Positions 31,355 to 40,247 of a DNA stretch of 64,000 nt are shown here, one piece after another. The notes beneath the pieces are model-generated. The model searched no databases. It was not told the DNA's origin and saw nothing but the letters and a program-made list of their open reading frames with translations. Every line of letters begins with the position of its first letter. Position 1 is the first letter of the stretch. Made by a program: the position numbers and the translations under genes. Source of the stretch: Nitrospinales bacterium (GTDB taxonomy: Bacteria > Nitrospinota > Nitrospinia > Nitrospinales > VA-1); contig CBDCXL010000002.1 in assembly GCA_965223795.1 (NCBI GenBank), forward strand, positions 1,984,001 to 2,048,000, in the 5' to 3' direction.

Positions 31355-31891
31355 TCAGCCCTGCTTGGACGCGGATGTCTGCATCAGCTGTTCAAAATAT
31401 CGCAGGGTCTCGGGCTCGGTCCAGTTCTCGGCGCCCTGCTTGACGCCGATGATGTTTCCCTCCGGGTCGATCAGGACCGACGTGGGCAGGCTGACGATGC
31501 CGAACAGATGGCTCACGGTCAAATCCTGGTCGAGCAGCACGGTGAAGGTGAGTGCGTTCGCTTTCACGTAAGGCTCCACCACACGGGAACCGAACATGTC
31601 GTTGGAAATGGCCAGCACCTCGAAGCCGTCTGCTTTGAACCTCTGGTACAGGGCTTCGAGGGAGGGCATTTCGATCTTGCAGGGACCGCACCAGGTGGCC
31701 CAGAAATTGAGCAGCACGTATCTGCCGCGGTACTGATCGAGGCTCACCTCTTCACCGCTCAACGACTGCAGCGAGAAATTGCTTGCCGGTTTCGAGTCTT
31801 TGTCGGCGCGGGCCGGGTTTCCTGACAGAATCAACAGGAGTGCGAGCGCAAGGATGCAGCGTGTGCCTGTTTTGCTGAGGGATGCCATCAC
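31355..31891 (-). CDS. TlpA/ResA-family thiol-disulfide oxidoreductase
   Basis: Signal peptide; LNFWATWCGPCKIEMP. Confidence 0.92.
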   Translation of the reverse strand: MMASLSKTGTRCILALALLLILSGNPARADKDSKPASNFSLQSLSGEEVSLDQYRGRYVLLNFWATWCGPCKIEMPSLEALYQRFKADGFEVLAISNDMFGSRVVEPYVKANALTFTVLLDQDLTVSHLFGIVSLPTSVLIDPEGNIIGVKQGAENWTEPETLRYFEQLMQTSASKQG

Positions 31892-31940
31892 GAAACGACG
31901 GGGAAGTTTGGAGTTTGTTTCAGCCGTTAAGAAGGGAGCG

Positions 31941-32162
31941 TCATTCCACCGCCTCGATGCAGCGGACCATGGGAATGGCTTTCTTCAAGGCCCGCTCGAT
32001 GCCCATCTTGAGGGTCATGGTGGAGCTGGAGCAGGAACTGCAGGAGCCGACCAGGCGCAGCTTCACGACACCGTCGTCGATGTCCACCAGTTCGACGTTG
32101 CCGCCGTCGGCCATCAATGAAGGGCGGATGGTATCCAGCACCGCCTCGACTTCATCCTTCAT
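31941..32162 (-). CDS. NifU C-terminal (Nfu) domain protein
   Basis: [33 protein letters not shown]. Confidence 0.92.
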   Translation of the reverse strand: MKDEVEAVLDTIRPSLMADGGNVELVDIDDGVVKLRLVGSCSSCSSSTMTLKMGIERALKKAIPMVRCIEAVE

Positions 32163-32204
32163 GGGGGTCCCTTCTCTGGGTTGACTGTCCTTAATGCGGG
32201 TGAA

Positions 32205-32483
<279 letters not shown>

Positions 32484-32503
32484 TTAAAGAATAGTAAAAA
32501 CGA

Positions 32504-32971
32504 TTATACGTTCAGGTCCTTCTGCCGTTCGAACGATTTTGTGTCCGGATTCCAGGCGAACAGGGCCTGGTCCTTGACCTCACCGTCGTAAACGGAGATG
32601 ACCCAGTGTTTGGCATCGGGATACCAGGGCTCGTCTCCAAACAGGGCCATGCGCTTGTCCTCTTCGGAAAAATACGCGTCGTGGTCGGGATGGGAATGGT
32701 AAAAGGTCTTGATTTCCATTCCCTTTTCCCGAGCATCCCGCTCGATGGCCATCTGCTCTTTCGTGTCGATGCTGTAAGCCGTCCTCGCGTTGCGGGGATA
32801 GGTCTCCGGATCCATCGCGTGCAGCTTGTTCTGCACGTTGGTGCATCGATACAGGATGTCTTCCTCGCGGGTTTCGGCTTTGCCGATGATGATGCCGCAG
32901 CACTCTTCCGGGTAGGTTTCCAGCGCGTGCTGGTGAACCTGTTCCATGAGGCTGTTCACGATGGAAGACAT
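32504..32971 (-). CDS. JAB/MPN+ metallopeptidase (M67, Mec-like)
   Basis: YPEECCG and YHSHPDHDAYFSEED (JAMM motif). Confidence 0.9.
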   Translation of the reverse strand: MSSIVNSLMEQVHQHALETYPEECCGIIIGKAETREEDILYRCTNVQNKLHAMDPETYPRNARTAYSIDTKEQMAIERDAREKGMEIKTFYHSHPDHDAYFSEEDKRMALFGDEPWYPDAKHWVISVYDGEVKDQALFAWNPDTKSFERQKDLNV

Positions 32972-32976
32972 TCAAT

Positions 32977-33005
32977 ATTTTGAAATGGATAACGAGGATT
33001 GTCAA
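32977..33005 (-). promoter_or_regulatory. Putative sigma70 promoter directly upstream of the JAB gene
   Basis: Minus strand TTGACA-17 nt-CAAAAT. Confidence 0.5.
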
Positions 33006-33148
33006 ATGGTTTTCAAATCTTTCGCCGGGCGGAAATTCAAGGCTTTTGCCGGTGCGCCGCGGCACGTCGGACAGGCGCCGCACAGCAGCGCCGGGGGAAT
33101 GATTGAATGTGGAAAATCAATGGCTTTCCACGCAGCCGTGCGGACGGT

Positions 33149-33439
33149 TCAAATGTGGGTGCGGACCACGAGGTTGTCTTCGACCGTGACCTGGCAGGCC
33201 AGGCGGATGCTCTTGCGTCTTTTCTTGAGCTTTTCCCGTTCGATGTCGTTTCTCGGCGCAACGTTGCCGGAAACGATCTCCACCTTGCAGGAAGTGCAGA
33301 GACCACGGCCCCGGCAGTTCAGGATTTTCAGAACGTGCGGGTAGATGCTCAGTTTGTTGGCGATGGCGGCTTCCCGCAGATTGGCGCCGGGTTCCACTTT
33401 GAGGGTGCGGTTTTGTTTTTCGAATCGTATCTCTAGCAT
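33149..33439 (-). CDS. [2Fe-2S] ferredoxin-like protein
   Basis: NCRGRGLCTSC and RLACQ. Confidence 0.88.
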   Translation of the reverse strand: MLEIRFEKQNRTLKVEPGANLREAAIANKLSIYPHVLKILNCRGRGLCTSCKVEIVSGNVAPRNDIEREKLKKRRKSIRLACQVTVEDNLVVRTHI

Positions 33440-33765
33440 GCTTCAATTTCCACAAAATGATGCAGTTTGCCTTTGCCCCAGTAGCCGTGAAACGCGCTCC
33501 CCACCGAGTTGCAGGTGGTGTTCATGTGCACATACTGCTTTTCCCCGTTGTCCGCCTTGTGCACGCCCACCTGGGTGAACGGCGGGATGACGCCGTCGCA
33601 GTTGACGCACACGGTCGAATGGCGCTTGCACAAAGCGAGCAGGCATTCTCTGCAAACCACGGGATTGAACAGGAAAATCTCCTGCCCTTCGTATTCGAGA
33701 ATCGTGGGCAGGCTGTTCACGGTTTGTCCACATTCCAGGCAGACCGGAGCCTCGGTTTGTTTCAT
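33433..33765 (-). CDS. Cys/His-rich hypothetical protein, possible metal binder
   Basis: 110 aa with CLEC, CREC and CVNC; overlaps the ferredoxin start; co-oriented with its neighbours. Confidence 0.7.
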   Translation of the reverse strand: MKQTEAPVCLECGQTVNSLPTILEYEGQEIFLFNPVVCRECLLALCKRHSTVCVNCDGVIPPFTQVGVHKADNGEKQYVHMNTTCNSVGSAFHGYWGKGKLHHFVEIEAC

Positions 33766-33824
33766 CGGGTAACGGCTTTTAGGTTCAATTGGAATTCAGA
33801 TCCTGCATTCTACTGGAAACAGAC

Positions 33825-34859
33825 TCAATTTATACAGACTTTTTTCATGTCCTCAAAATTGTCGAGAACGGCGCCCGCGCCCCGGCAGATGCTGAGAAGG
33901 GGCTCGTTGGGGATGTAGACCTTGAGGGTGGTTTTCTCCTCGACCAGCTTGTCCAGGCCGCGGATGAGGGCGCCGCCGCCGGTCAGGTAGATGCCGTTGG
34001 AATGGATGTCCGCGGAGAGCTCCGGCGGCACTTTTTCCAGCGCCCTGAGCACGACGGCGATGATGGTGGACAGAGGCTCTTTCATCGCTTCTCGGATTTC
34101 TTCGTCGTCGACCACTATGGAAGTCGGAACGCCGGTCTTGACGTTGAGCCCCTTCACCTCGGTGGTCAGCTTCTCCAGCAGGGGGTAGGCGCTGCCCACG
34201 GCGATCTTGGTGCGCTCGCCTTCGAACACGCCGATGTTGAGGTGGTGCTGGATGCGCATGTAGCGCATGATGGCCTCGTCGATCTCGTCCCCGGCCAGCC
34301 GGACCGATTCGCCGTAGGCGATGGCGGAGAGCGACACCACGGCGACATCGGTGGTGCCGCCGCCGATGTCGATCACCATGTTGCCTTCGGGCTTGTGCGC
34401 CGGGATGCCGACGCCGATGGCGGCCGCCATCGGTTCCTCGATCAGGTGCACTTCGCGCACGCCCGCCATGAGGGAGGCGTCGATCACCGCCTTCTTTTCC
34501 ACCTGGGTGATGCAGGTGGGGATGCCGACCACCATCTTGGGTTTGAAAAACCGCTGGTTCTTCAAAACTTTTTTGATGAAGTAGTTGATCATCGTGTTGG
34601 TGATGTCGAAATCGGCGATGACGCCGTCTTTCATGGGCCGGATCGTTTCGACGCGCGAATGGGTGCGGCCGTACATCTGCTTGGCTTCCAGTCCGACGGC
34701 CTCGACGTTGCGGCTTTTGACGCCGACGGCCACCACCGAGGGCTCGTCGAGCACGATGCCCTGGTCGCGGGTGTAGATGAGGGTGTTGGCGGTTCCCAGG
34801 TCCATCGCCAAATCGGATGAAAACCAGCTGCAAACATTATTGATGAATTTTCCGATCAT
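33825..34859 (-). CDS. mreB: Rod shape-determining actin homolog MreB (no adjacent mreCD)
   Basis: DLGTANT, EPSVVA, IRPMKDGVIADF, IEEPMAAAIG, DIGGGTT, LTGGGAL. Confidence 0.93.
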   Translation of the reverse strand: MIGKFINNVCSWFSSDLAMDLGTANTLIYTRDQGIVLDEPSVVAVGVKSRNVEAVGLEAKQMYGRTHSRVETIRPMKDGVIADFDITNTMINYFIKKVLKNQRFFKPKMVVGIPTCITQVEKKAVIDASLMAGVREVHLIEEPMAAAIGVGIPAHKPEGNMVIDIGGGTTDVAVVSLSAIAYGESVRLAGDEIDEAIMRYMRIQHHLNIGVFEGERTKIAVGSAYPLLEKLTTEVKGLNVKTGVPTSIVVDDEEIREAMKEPLSTIIAVVLRALEKVPPELSADIHSNGIYLTGGGALIRGLDKLVEEKTTLKVYIPNEPLLSICRGAGAVLDNFEDMKKVCIN

Positions 34860-36274
34860 GTGGTCACTTTAAAATTGGGAGAGGTGCGGCTCCAGGAAAG
34901 GCTGATGAGATCGAGAAGGTGGTCGCCGTCGTCGGGATAGGTGGAGAGGCCCCATTCTGCCTTCACCGTCATGGGCGTGCCCCCGACGGAAAGGGGCTGA
35001 TGGCTGAACAGGTGCTTCAGCTTGTTTTCGATCGCGGCCATCTGCTCGCGATCTTTTTTCAGGACCATGATCAAAAATGCGTTGTCGGAATACTTGAAGA
35101 TGTTTTTGGGAGAGGGGATCGCTTTGTTGAAAATGGAAACCATGCCTTTGAGCAGCATGTCCCCGTGCCGCACGCCGTGCGTTTCATACAGGGCCGGCAG
35201 GTTGGCCACCTGCGCGGTCAGAAAGAACACGGGCTGGCCTTCCTGAAAGATCTTGTCGGACACCGCCTGCTGATGGTCGGTCAGGAAACGGTGATTGTAC
35301 ACGCCGGTGATGGGGTCGCGGTTGCGGTCCACCAGCAGCCGGTCCTTGGTTTCAGCATAGTAAAGCGCGGAAGCGGCGGCCTGGGCGATCAGCGACAGCT
35401 TGTCCAGATCGGGCAGGGTCAGCCCGTCGGTCCTGAGCGACCCGCAGACCAGCACGCCCAAAAGGCGCTGATTCATGGTGATGGGAACGGCGATCACCGA
35501 TCCCAGGTTTTCCGGCGCCTCCTGTTCGCTGAACAGGACGGTCTGGGGCGGATGCAGCGCTTTGGTCAAAACGGGCGAACGGTTCTGGGCGCAGGCCCCG
35601 GCGAGGCCGGAACCGACGTTCACTTCCAGCATGGACAAATCCTGGTGAAACCCCCTCTGGTGCTGAATGGTGCCCATGCCCCTGGAGTCGAACCAGAGCA
35701 CGGCGGCGGCGTTGTGATCGAGGATGGACTGGGGAATCTCGATCAAGCGTTCGCCGACGGTGTTGCGGTCGAAACATTCGGCGAGCAGCTGGCTGTATGC
35801 GTTCATCTTGCGGATGGAAGGCCAGGCGCGTCCGCGCCGGTTCGGTTTCAGTTTTTCCTGATACAGGTGCCAGGCCATTTGATCCGCGAACCCGGAGAGG
35901 ATTTTCTGCATCTTCGGCGCGAAGCTGTACGTTTCCTTGGTGGCCACCGCGAGCACGCCCTCCAGTTCGTGATGGATCACCGGCACCGCGATGAAACTTT
36001 TAAGGTCCTCTTTCTTTTTGTAGATTTCCAGGCGGATGGTTTCCTGGTCGAAATGATCCAGCACGACGGGTTTGAGCGTTTCCGCCACCTGGCCGATGGG
36101 CCCCTGCCCGAACGGAATTTTCACGCCGGGAATGAAATTGGAGCTTAGGGACATGTGGTTGCGCAGGTAGAGGGTTTTCTCCTCGTGATCGGCGGCGAAG
36201 AGAGCGGTGGTGAACCCATCGGTGACGTTGGTCGTCAACTCGATGAGATGTGAAAAAATATCGGAGATAACCAT
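34856..36274 (-). CDS. Tandem GAF domains + degenerate GGDEF-like domain
   Basis: Start re-called at MVISDIF (36274). Two GAF-like segments (GPIGQVA...SFIAVPV; GLAGACA...SVIAVPI); DPITGVYNHRF; FKYSDNAF where RxGGDEF is expected; GLSTYPDDG. Confidence 0.85.
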   Translation of the reverse strand: MVISDIFSHLIELTTNVTDGFTTALFAADHEEKTLYLRNHMSLSSNFIPGVKIPFGQGPIGQVAETLKPVVLDHFDQETIRLEIYKKKEDLKSFIAVPVIHHELEGVLAVATKETYSFAPKMQKILSGFADQMAWHLYQEKLKPNRRGRAWPSIRKMNAYSQLLAECFDRNTVGERLIEIPQSILDHNAAAVLWFDSRGMGTIQHQRGFHQDLSMLEVNVGSGLAGACAQNRSPVLTKALHPPQTVLFSEQEAPENLGSVIAVPITMNQRLLGVLVCGSLRTDGLTLPDLDKLSLIAQAAASALYYAETKDRLLVDRNRDPITGVYNHRFLTDHQQAVSDKIFQEGQPVFFLTAQVANLPALYETHGVRHGDMLLKGMVSIFNKAIPSPKNIFKYSDNAFLIMVLKKDREQMAAIENKLKHLFSHQPLSVGGTPMTVKAEWGLSTYPDDGDHLLDLISLSWSRTSPNFKVTT

Positions 36275-36342
36275 GGAAGGGTGAATCGCTCCGGCACTCA
36301 ATGAGACGCGCCGCGGACACCGGGAGGGCCTGCCACGAAAAA

Positions 36343-36789
36343 CTATCGGCCCCGGCTGCGCAGAAATTCCCGGTACGCACGCACCGCGCTTTTGTCCACC
36401 GCCTTGGCGGCAACCTCGTATTCGTATCCAGAATCCCCGGCGTATTCCCGCACGCGCACGGCCTGGCAATCGATGCTCTTTTGCTCTCCACTGTGCGGAG
36501 AGCGGAACGTGACGGCTAAAATATCGTTGTCGATCACCGGGGCGGTTGTGGTGAAAAACAACCCGCTGGTGGATAGCTCCCGGATGGTGATTTTATGCGT
36601 TTTGTAAAAAAATTCGGTTTCCCGTTCGATGTCCGCGGTTGCGGGAATCGTCACCCGAGCCCGCCGGCTGCGCCTGCGGCCGAGATCATTCGCAAACTTT
36701 CTCTGAATGATGCTGTCCAGATCCTGCTTGAAGCGTAAAAGATCCTCCGCGGGAACGGTTTCCAAGAATGCCAGGATTTTTTTGATCAT
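36343..36789 (-). CDS. PilZ-domain protein
   Basis: Start re-called at MIKKIL. RRRSRR followed by ELSTSG (RxxxR...[D/N]xSxxG-like). Confidence 0.75.
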   Translation of the reverse strand: MIKKILAFLETVPAEDLLRFKQDLDSIIQRKFANDLGRRRSRRARVTIPATADIERETEFFYKTHKITIRELSTSGLFFTTTAPVIDNDILAVTFRSPHSGEQKSIDCQAVRVREYAGDSGYEYEVAAKAVDKSAVRAYREFLRSRGR

Positions 36790-36879
36790 GGCGTGAACAC
36801 TCGTGAAACAGAGTGGACCGACCGAAAAAAAATGATTTGCCAATCGCGCAGGGTCAGGTTTGGAACCTGTTTGAAAATC

Positions 36880-36908
36880 ATCATATAGCGACGAAAAAAC
36901 ACTGTCAA
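36880..36908 (-). promoter_or_regulatory. Sigma70 promoter for the pilZ-GAF-mreB block
   Basis: Minus strand TTGACA-17 nt-TATGAT. Confidence 0.7.
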
Positions 36909-36977
36909 TCTTTTATCATGGAACCCAGCTTTCCAAAGCACTAAAGTGCAAGGCATTGCTTTCTTTCGGGAAACTTC

Positions 36978-37006
36978 TTGACAGAAAAAGGGCGCGTTAC
37001 TATACT
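36978..37006 (+). promoter_or_regulatory. Sigma70 promoter for the tRNA pair
   Basis: TTGACA-17 nt-TATACT followed by a GC-rich discriminator. Confidence 0.8.
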
Positions 37007-37060
37007 CCCGCTTTCCCTCTTGCTTCCTGTGAAACCAGCGGGCCGGGTCTGGATGCGTGA

Positions 37061-37136
37061 GGGCGGATAGCTCAGCTGGAAGAGCACCGGCCTTACAAGC
37101 CGGGGGTCACAGGTTCGAGCCCTGTTCCGCCCACCA
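37061..37136 (+). tRNA. tRNA-Val (TAC)
   Basis: Acceptor stem GGGCGGA/TCCGCCC, anticodon arm CCGGC-CTTACAA-GCCGG, GTTCGA T-loop, encoded CCA. Confidence 0.97.
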
Positions 37137-37278
37137 TGACGTTCGACCTTCCTTATCGGAGGCACGGGCAAGAATCTGAGAGAGGTCAGCAGGGCGAAAA
37201 GATTTTCCGGGCCTTGCAATCGGTTCCCGGTGTCCTTAGAATAACGACACCCCCTAAGGGAACCGGGAAAGAAAAATC

Positions 37279-37355
37279 GGGGTCGTAGTTCAGTTGGTTA
37301 GAACGCTGGCCTGTCACGCCAGAGGTCGCGAGTTCGAGTCTCGTCGGCCCCGCCA
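37279..37355 (+). tRNA. tRNA-Asp (GTC)
   Basis: Acceptor stem GGGGTCG/CGGCCCC, anticodon arm CTGGC-CTGTCAC-GCCAG, GTTCGA T-loop, encoded CCA. Confidence 0.97.
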
Positions 37356-37526
37356 TTTTCCTTATAAACCGGCTATCCCAAAAAAATCTGCAGATTACGC
37401 CTTCCCAAAAGCGGGACCGCCTCGCAAAGGGATGGTGTTTCGCGTTACCGCTACCCAATCCTACCTACTTGAAAGATCCAATGGTTGTGACCTGTCCCTG
37501 TGCGAAGGGGCAAATGGTGATGGTTC

Positions 37527-38036
37527 GTGACGGATGCGCTGAATCGGACAGTGTGTGAATGTGGCGCCGAGGCATCTTCAACGGAAACGATGCCTCGGCA
37601 TAAATACCTTCCGGCAACTCCCGGATGTTGGAAGCTCTACGGAGAGCTGCTCGCCAAAGAATATTCGGATTTGAATTATTGGAGAGTTCATCGGCTCACG
37701 GTGGACACCTACTCCGTTCAGCACACTCAAAGTGATGATCCCAGAAATATTCAATCCGTGAACGTGCATTTGGTGGCGTTGTACATGGGACTTGAAAAAA
37801 AGCTCAGCAGCGACGCAATCCCTCCGATCATGAGCCGGGTGATACAGATCGATAAGGGTGCATTTGTGAAACTGAAGGCCCCCTCGTTTCATTCTGTTAA
37901 AAACGTGAGTGCTATTTTGCCCGCCCGAAATGCAACGGAACATTGCCGTCTGGTTCAGGACTGGGCCAATGAGGTGTGGGAAATCTGGGAAACCCATCAC
38001 ACTCACATCCGGAAAATAGCAGAACCCTTTCTATAA
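37527..38036 (+). CDS. Hypothetical protein, DUF5946-like
   Basis: CECG, PGCWKLYGELLAKEY, HRLTVDTYSVQH. Visibly more AT-rich than the flanking genes. Family name from memory. Confidence 0.7.
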   Translation: MTDALNRTVCECGAEASSTETMPRHKYLPATPGCWKLYGELLAKEYSDLNYWRVHRLTVDTYSVQHTQSDDPRNIQSVNVHLVALYMGLEKKLSSDAIPPIMSRVIQIDKGAFVKLKAPSFHSVKNVSAILPARNATEHCRLVQDWANEVWEIWETHHTHIRKIAEPFL

Positions 38037-38276
38037 CGTTCAGACTCAATTCGCCATCGAAGGTTTTCCGCCTGCCGCTTCTCCATCCTGGCGTGCTGCA
38101 ATCGCCTCTCTCTATAGAAATTTCCTCAGGCTCTTAGGTCTATCAGGACGAAATCACCCCGCGGCGACGAGGTTGCGTTCGGAAAGACGAAACGCGTTCC
38201 CTGATTTGCCCTTGTAATCTGATAAAACGCATCTCCGGCGCATTTTCCACTGAGAGCCGTCTCCCCGACGCTTGCC

Positions 38277-39893
38277 GTGGATGCTACAATTCTCAACATC
38301 TCATTATTGGACCAACGTCAAAAGAAGCCGACGATGCGTGCCGTCCTGGAATATTTTCGTGAACGTCCCGTGCTTGCGGTGTTCGCCGGGTTCGCCGTGC
38401 TTGCGTGTGTTGTGGCGCTGTTTTCCGGCGGAAACGACGCGAAGCAGAGCGAATCGGTGAAGACCGCCGCGAAAACCGCTGCGCCGGTTGCCGATACAGC
38501 AGGGCGTTTGCCACAGGTGGTGCAAACGGGCAGCAGCGCCGCCGCGATCATGGACCCCGCCCTGGTCGGCAACTGGAGCGTGCCGCTCATCACGCCTTAC
38601 GGACACGCGGAGATCGTGTTCGACATCACTTCGCAGGGACAATTTCTCTCTGGTGTGACGCTCGGAGACTATCCCGTGGTGACCGGCCGTTTCGAGGCGG
38701 CGGGCGGGCGCTGGTCGCTCAAGATGGACAACGGCGATGTGGACGGCGGCACCTACCAGCTCGAAGGACCCGTCCCGGTCGTCACCGGAATGAAAGGCAT
38801 CGCCCGATGGATCCGCAAAGCCGACACGTCGAGGCAGGGTGCGTTATTCGAGCAGGGCATCGATCCGAAAGCGGCGCGGGTCCTGCAATTGCGTGCGATC
38901 GCGGAGACCGCCGCCCGCCGCTGGCGGCCGGAGGCGAAGCTCGTCGAGATCGAGATCAAGCAGCTCAACAACGACGGTTCGCTCAACCTGTTCCAGTCGA
39001 GCGGGAAGGTGAAGTTTGTGTTCCTCGATGGCAAGGCGGGGCGCGGTGCGATCGTGACGTTCGACCATTGGGGCGGGCCGCAGCTGCTGGCGCCGGGAAG
39101 GCCGGTGTCCCGTGCCAAGGAACCGCTCGGCAAGAGACTGGTGGATCTGACCGAGGTGGTGCGCGTGGTGCGCGAACAGGGCTATGAGACCGTGCTGCGG
39201 AGCGCCACGCTCAGGCACTATCAAAAGAAGAACCGCAAGGCGCGACCGGCCTGGAAAGTCCAGGGTCACATGCAATCGGTGGATCGCTCGTACCGCTACG
39301 ACGCGCAGGACAAACACGTCCTGCTGCCGCAGGAGATCGACCCGCATCGCCGCAGAAGCGGTGCGGTGGAGAACCTGGAAGGTGCGCAACGCTGGCTGGA
39401 ACGCAGCGGCGAGTACGGCCGCTTCCGGGCGAACCCCACGGGTTCCATCACGATGAAGGGAAAGGGGGAGGGAAACGATACCATTATCGCGGACCGTTTT
39501 TTCTACTGGCTGGTCCGCGTGATCGAGGTGAGGACGCCGGGGCGTGCAGAACCCTGGGAGGTGCTCATTCCGATCCGCTCGTACGACGACAGCGAGTTCG
39601 ACGCCATGATCGAGGTCGAACCGCTTACCGGGTTCATCTTCAAGGAAGTGGAGAAATCCAACACCCGGCTCGGCAATCAGTTGATTCCTCCCAATGCCGA
39701 ACAGCGCCGCGTGTTCAAAGACCGCCTGGGCGAGAAGATGCTCAACGTGAATGTACCGCCGTTCATCGTGTATGTCGAGAAACTCGAAAAGCAGAAGCAA
39801 AGCGTTCGCAACCAGATTCGCGAAGCGGTGGAGACGTTGTATCACCGTACCGGGCAACGCACTTCGAATCGATTCCCCAGTTCCCGCCGCTGA
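38277..39893 (+). CDS. Membrane-anchored hypothetical protein
   Basis: 538-aa ORF with host-like codon usage and one N-terminal hydrophobic segment. Start uncertain (may be MRAVLEY). Confidence 0.75.
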   Translation: MDATILNISLLDQRQKKPTMRAVLEYFRERPVLAVFAGFAVLACVVALFSGGNDAKQSESVKTAAKTAAPVADTAGRLPQVVQTGSSAAAIMDPALVGNWSVPLITPYGHAEIVFDITSQGQFLSGVTLGDYPVVTGRFEAAGGRWSLKMDNGDVDGGTYQLEGPVPVVTGMKGIARWIRKADTSRQGALFEQGIDPKAARVLQLRAIAETAARRWRPEAKLVEIEIKQLNNDGSLNLFQSSGKVKFVFLDGKAGRGAIVTFDHWGGPQLLAPGRPVSRAKEPLGKRLVDLTEVVRVVREQGYETVLRSATLRHYQKKNRKARPAWKVQGHMQSVDRSYRYDAQDKHVLLPQEIDPHRRRSGAVENLEGAQRWLERSGEYGRFRANPTGSITMKGKGEGNDTIIADRFFYWLVRVIEVRTPGRAEPWEVLIPIRSYDDSEFDAMIEVEPLTGFIFKEVEKSNTRLGNQLIPPNAEQRRVFKDRLGEKMLNVNVPPFIVYVEKLEKQKQSVRNQIREAVETLYHRTGQRTSNRFPSSRR

Positions 39894-40167
39894 CATCCAA
39901 TCCCCGCTTTCTTCCTCTCATCGGCATCGTTTGGTCTGAGCAATCGAAATAAAGCTCTCACGATCGCATTCCCCCAAGGCCCTGAACACAGTCTGCAATC
40001 GAGGGAACCGGGGCGAGCGCTCATGAACGCAGGGCTTCAAATCTATACTACTTTAATGGTTAATGTGTATAGAAAAGGATACAACTGCGTAGCCCGGCCC
40101 GGATGCGTCGTGAGTTGAAATATATTGAAATTTGCTGGTTTATCAGGAAGCTGGCGGTGGGGTGGGT

Positions 40168-40183
40168 TGGCAAGCATCTTGCT
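40168..40183 (+). promoter_or_regulatory. Sigma54 promoter upstream of the histidine kinase
   Basis: TGGCAA-GCATC-TTGCT with correct -24/-12 spacing. Confidence 0.65.
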
Positions 40184-40247
40184 TTATATTAAAGATCCCT
40201 GCAAAAAACAGCGATTTCAGTCATTTTCCCACTCGACGCGTAGCACA

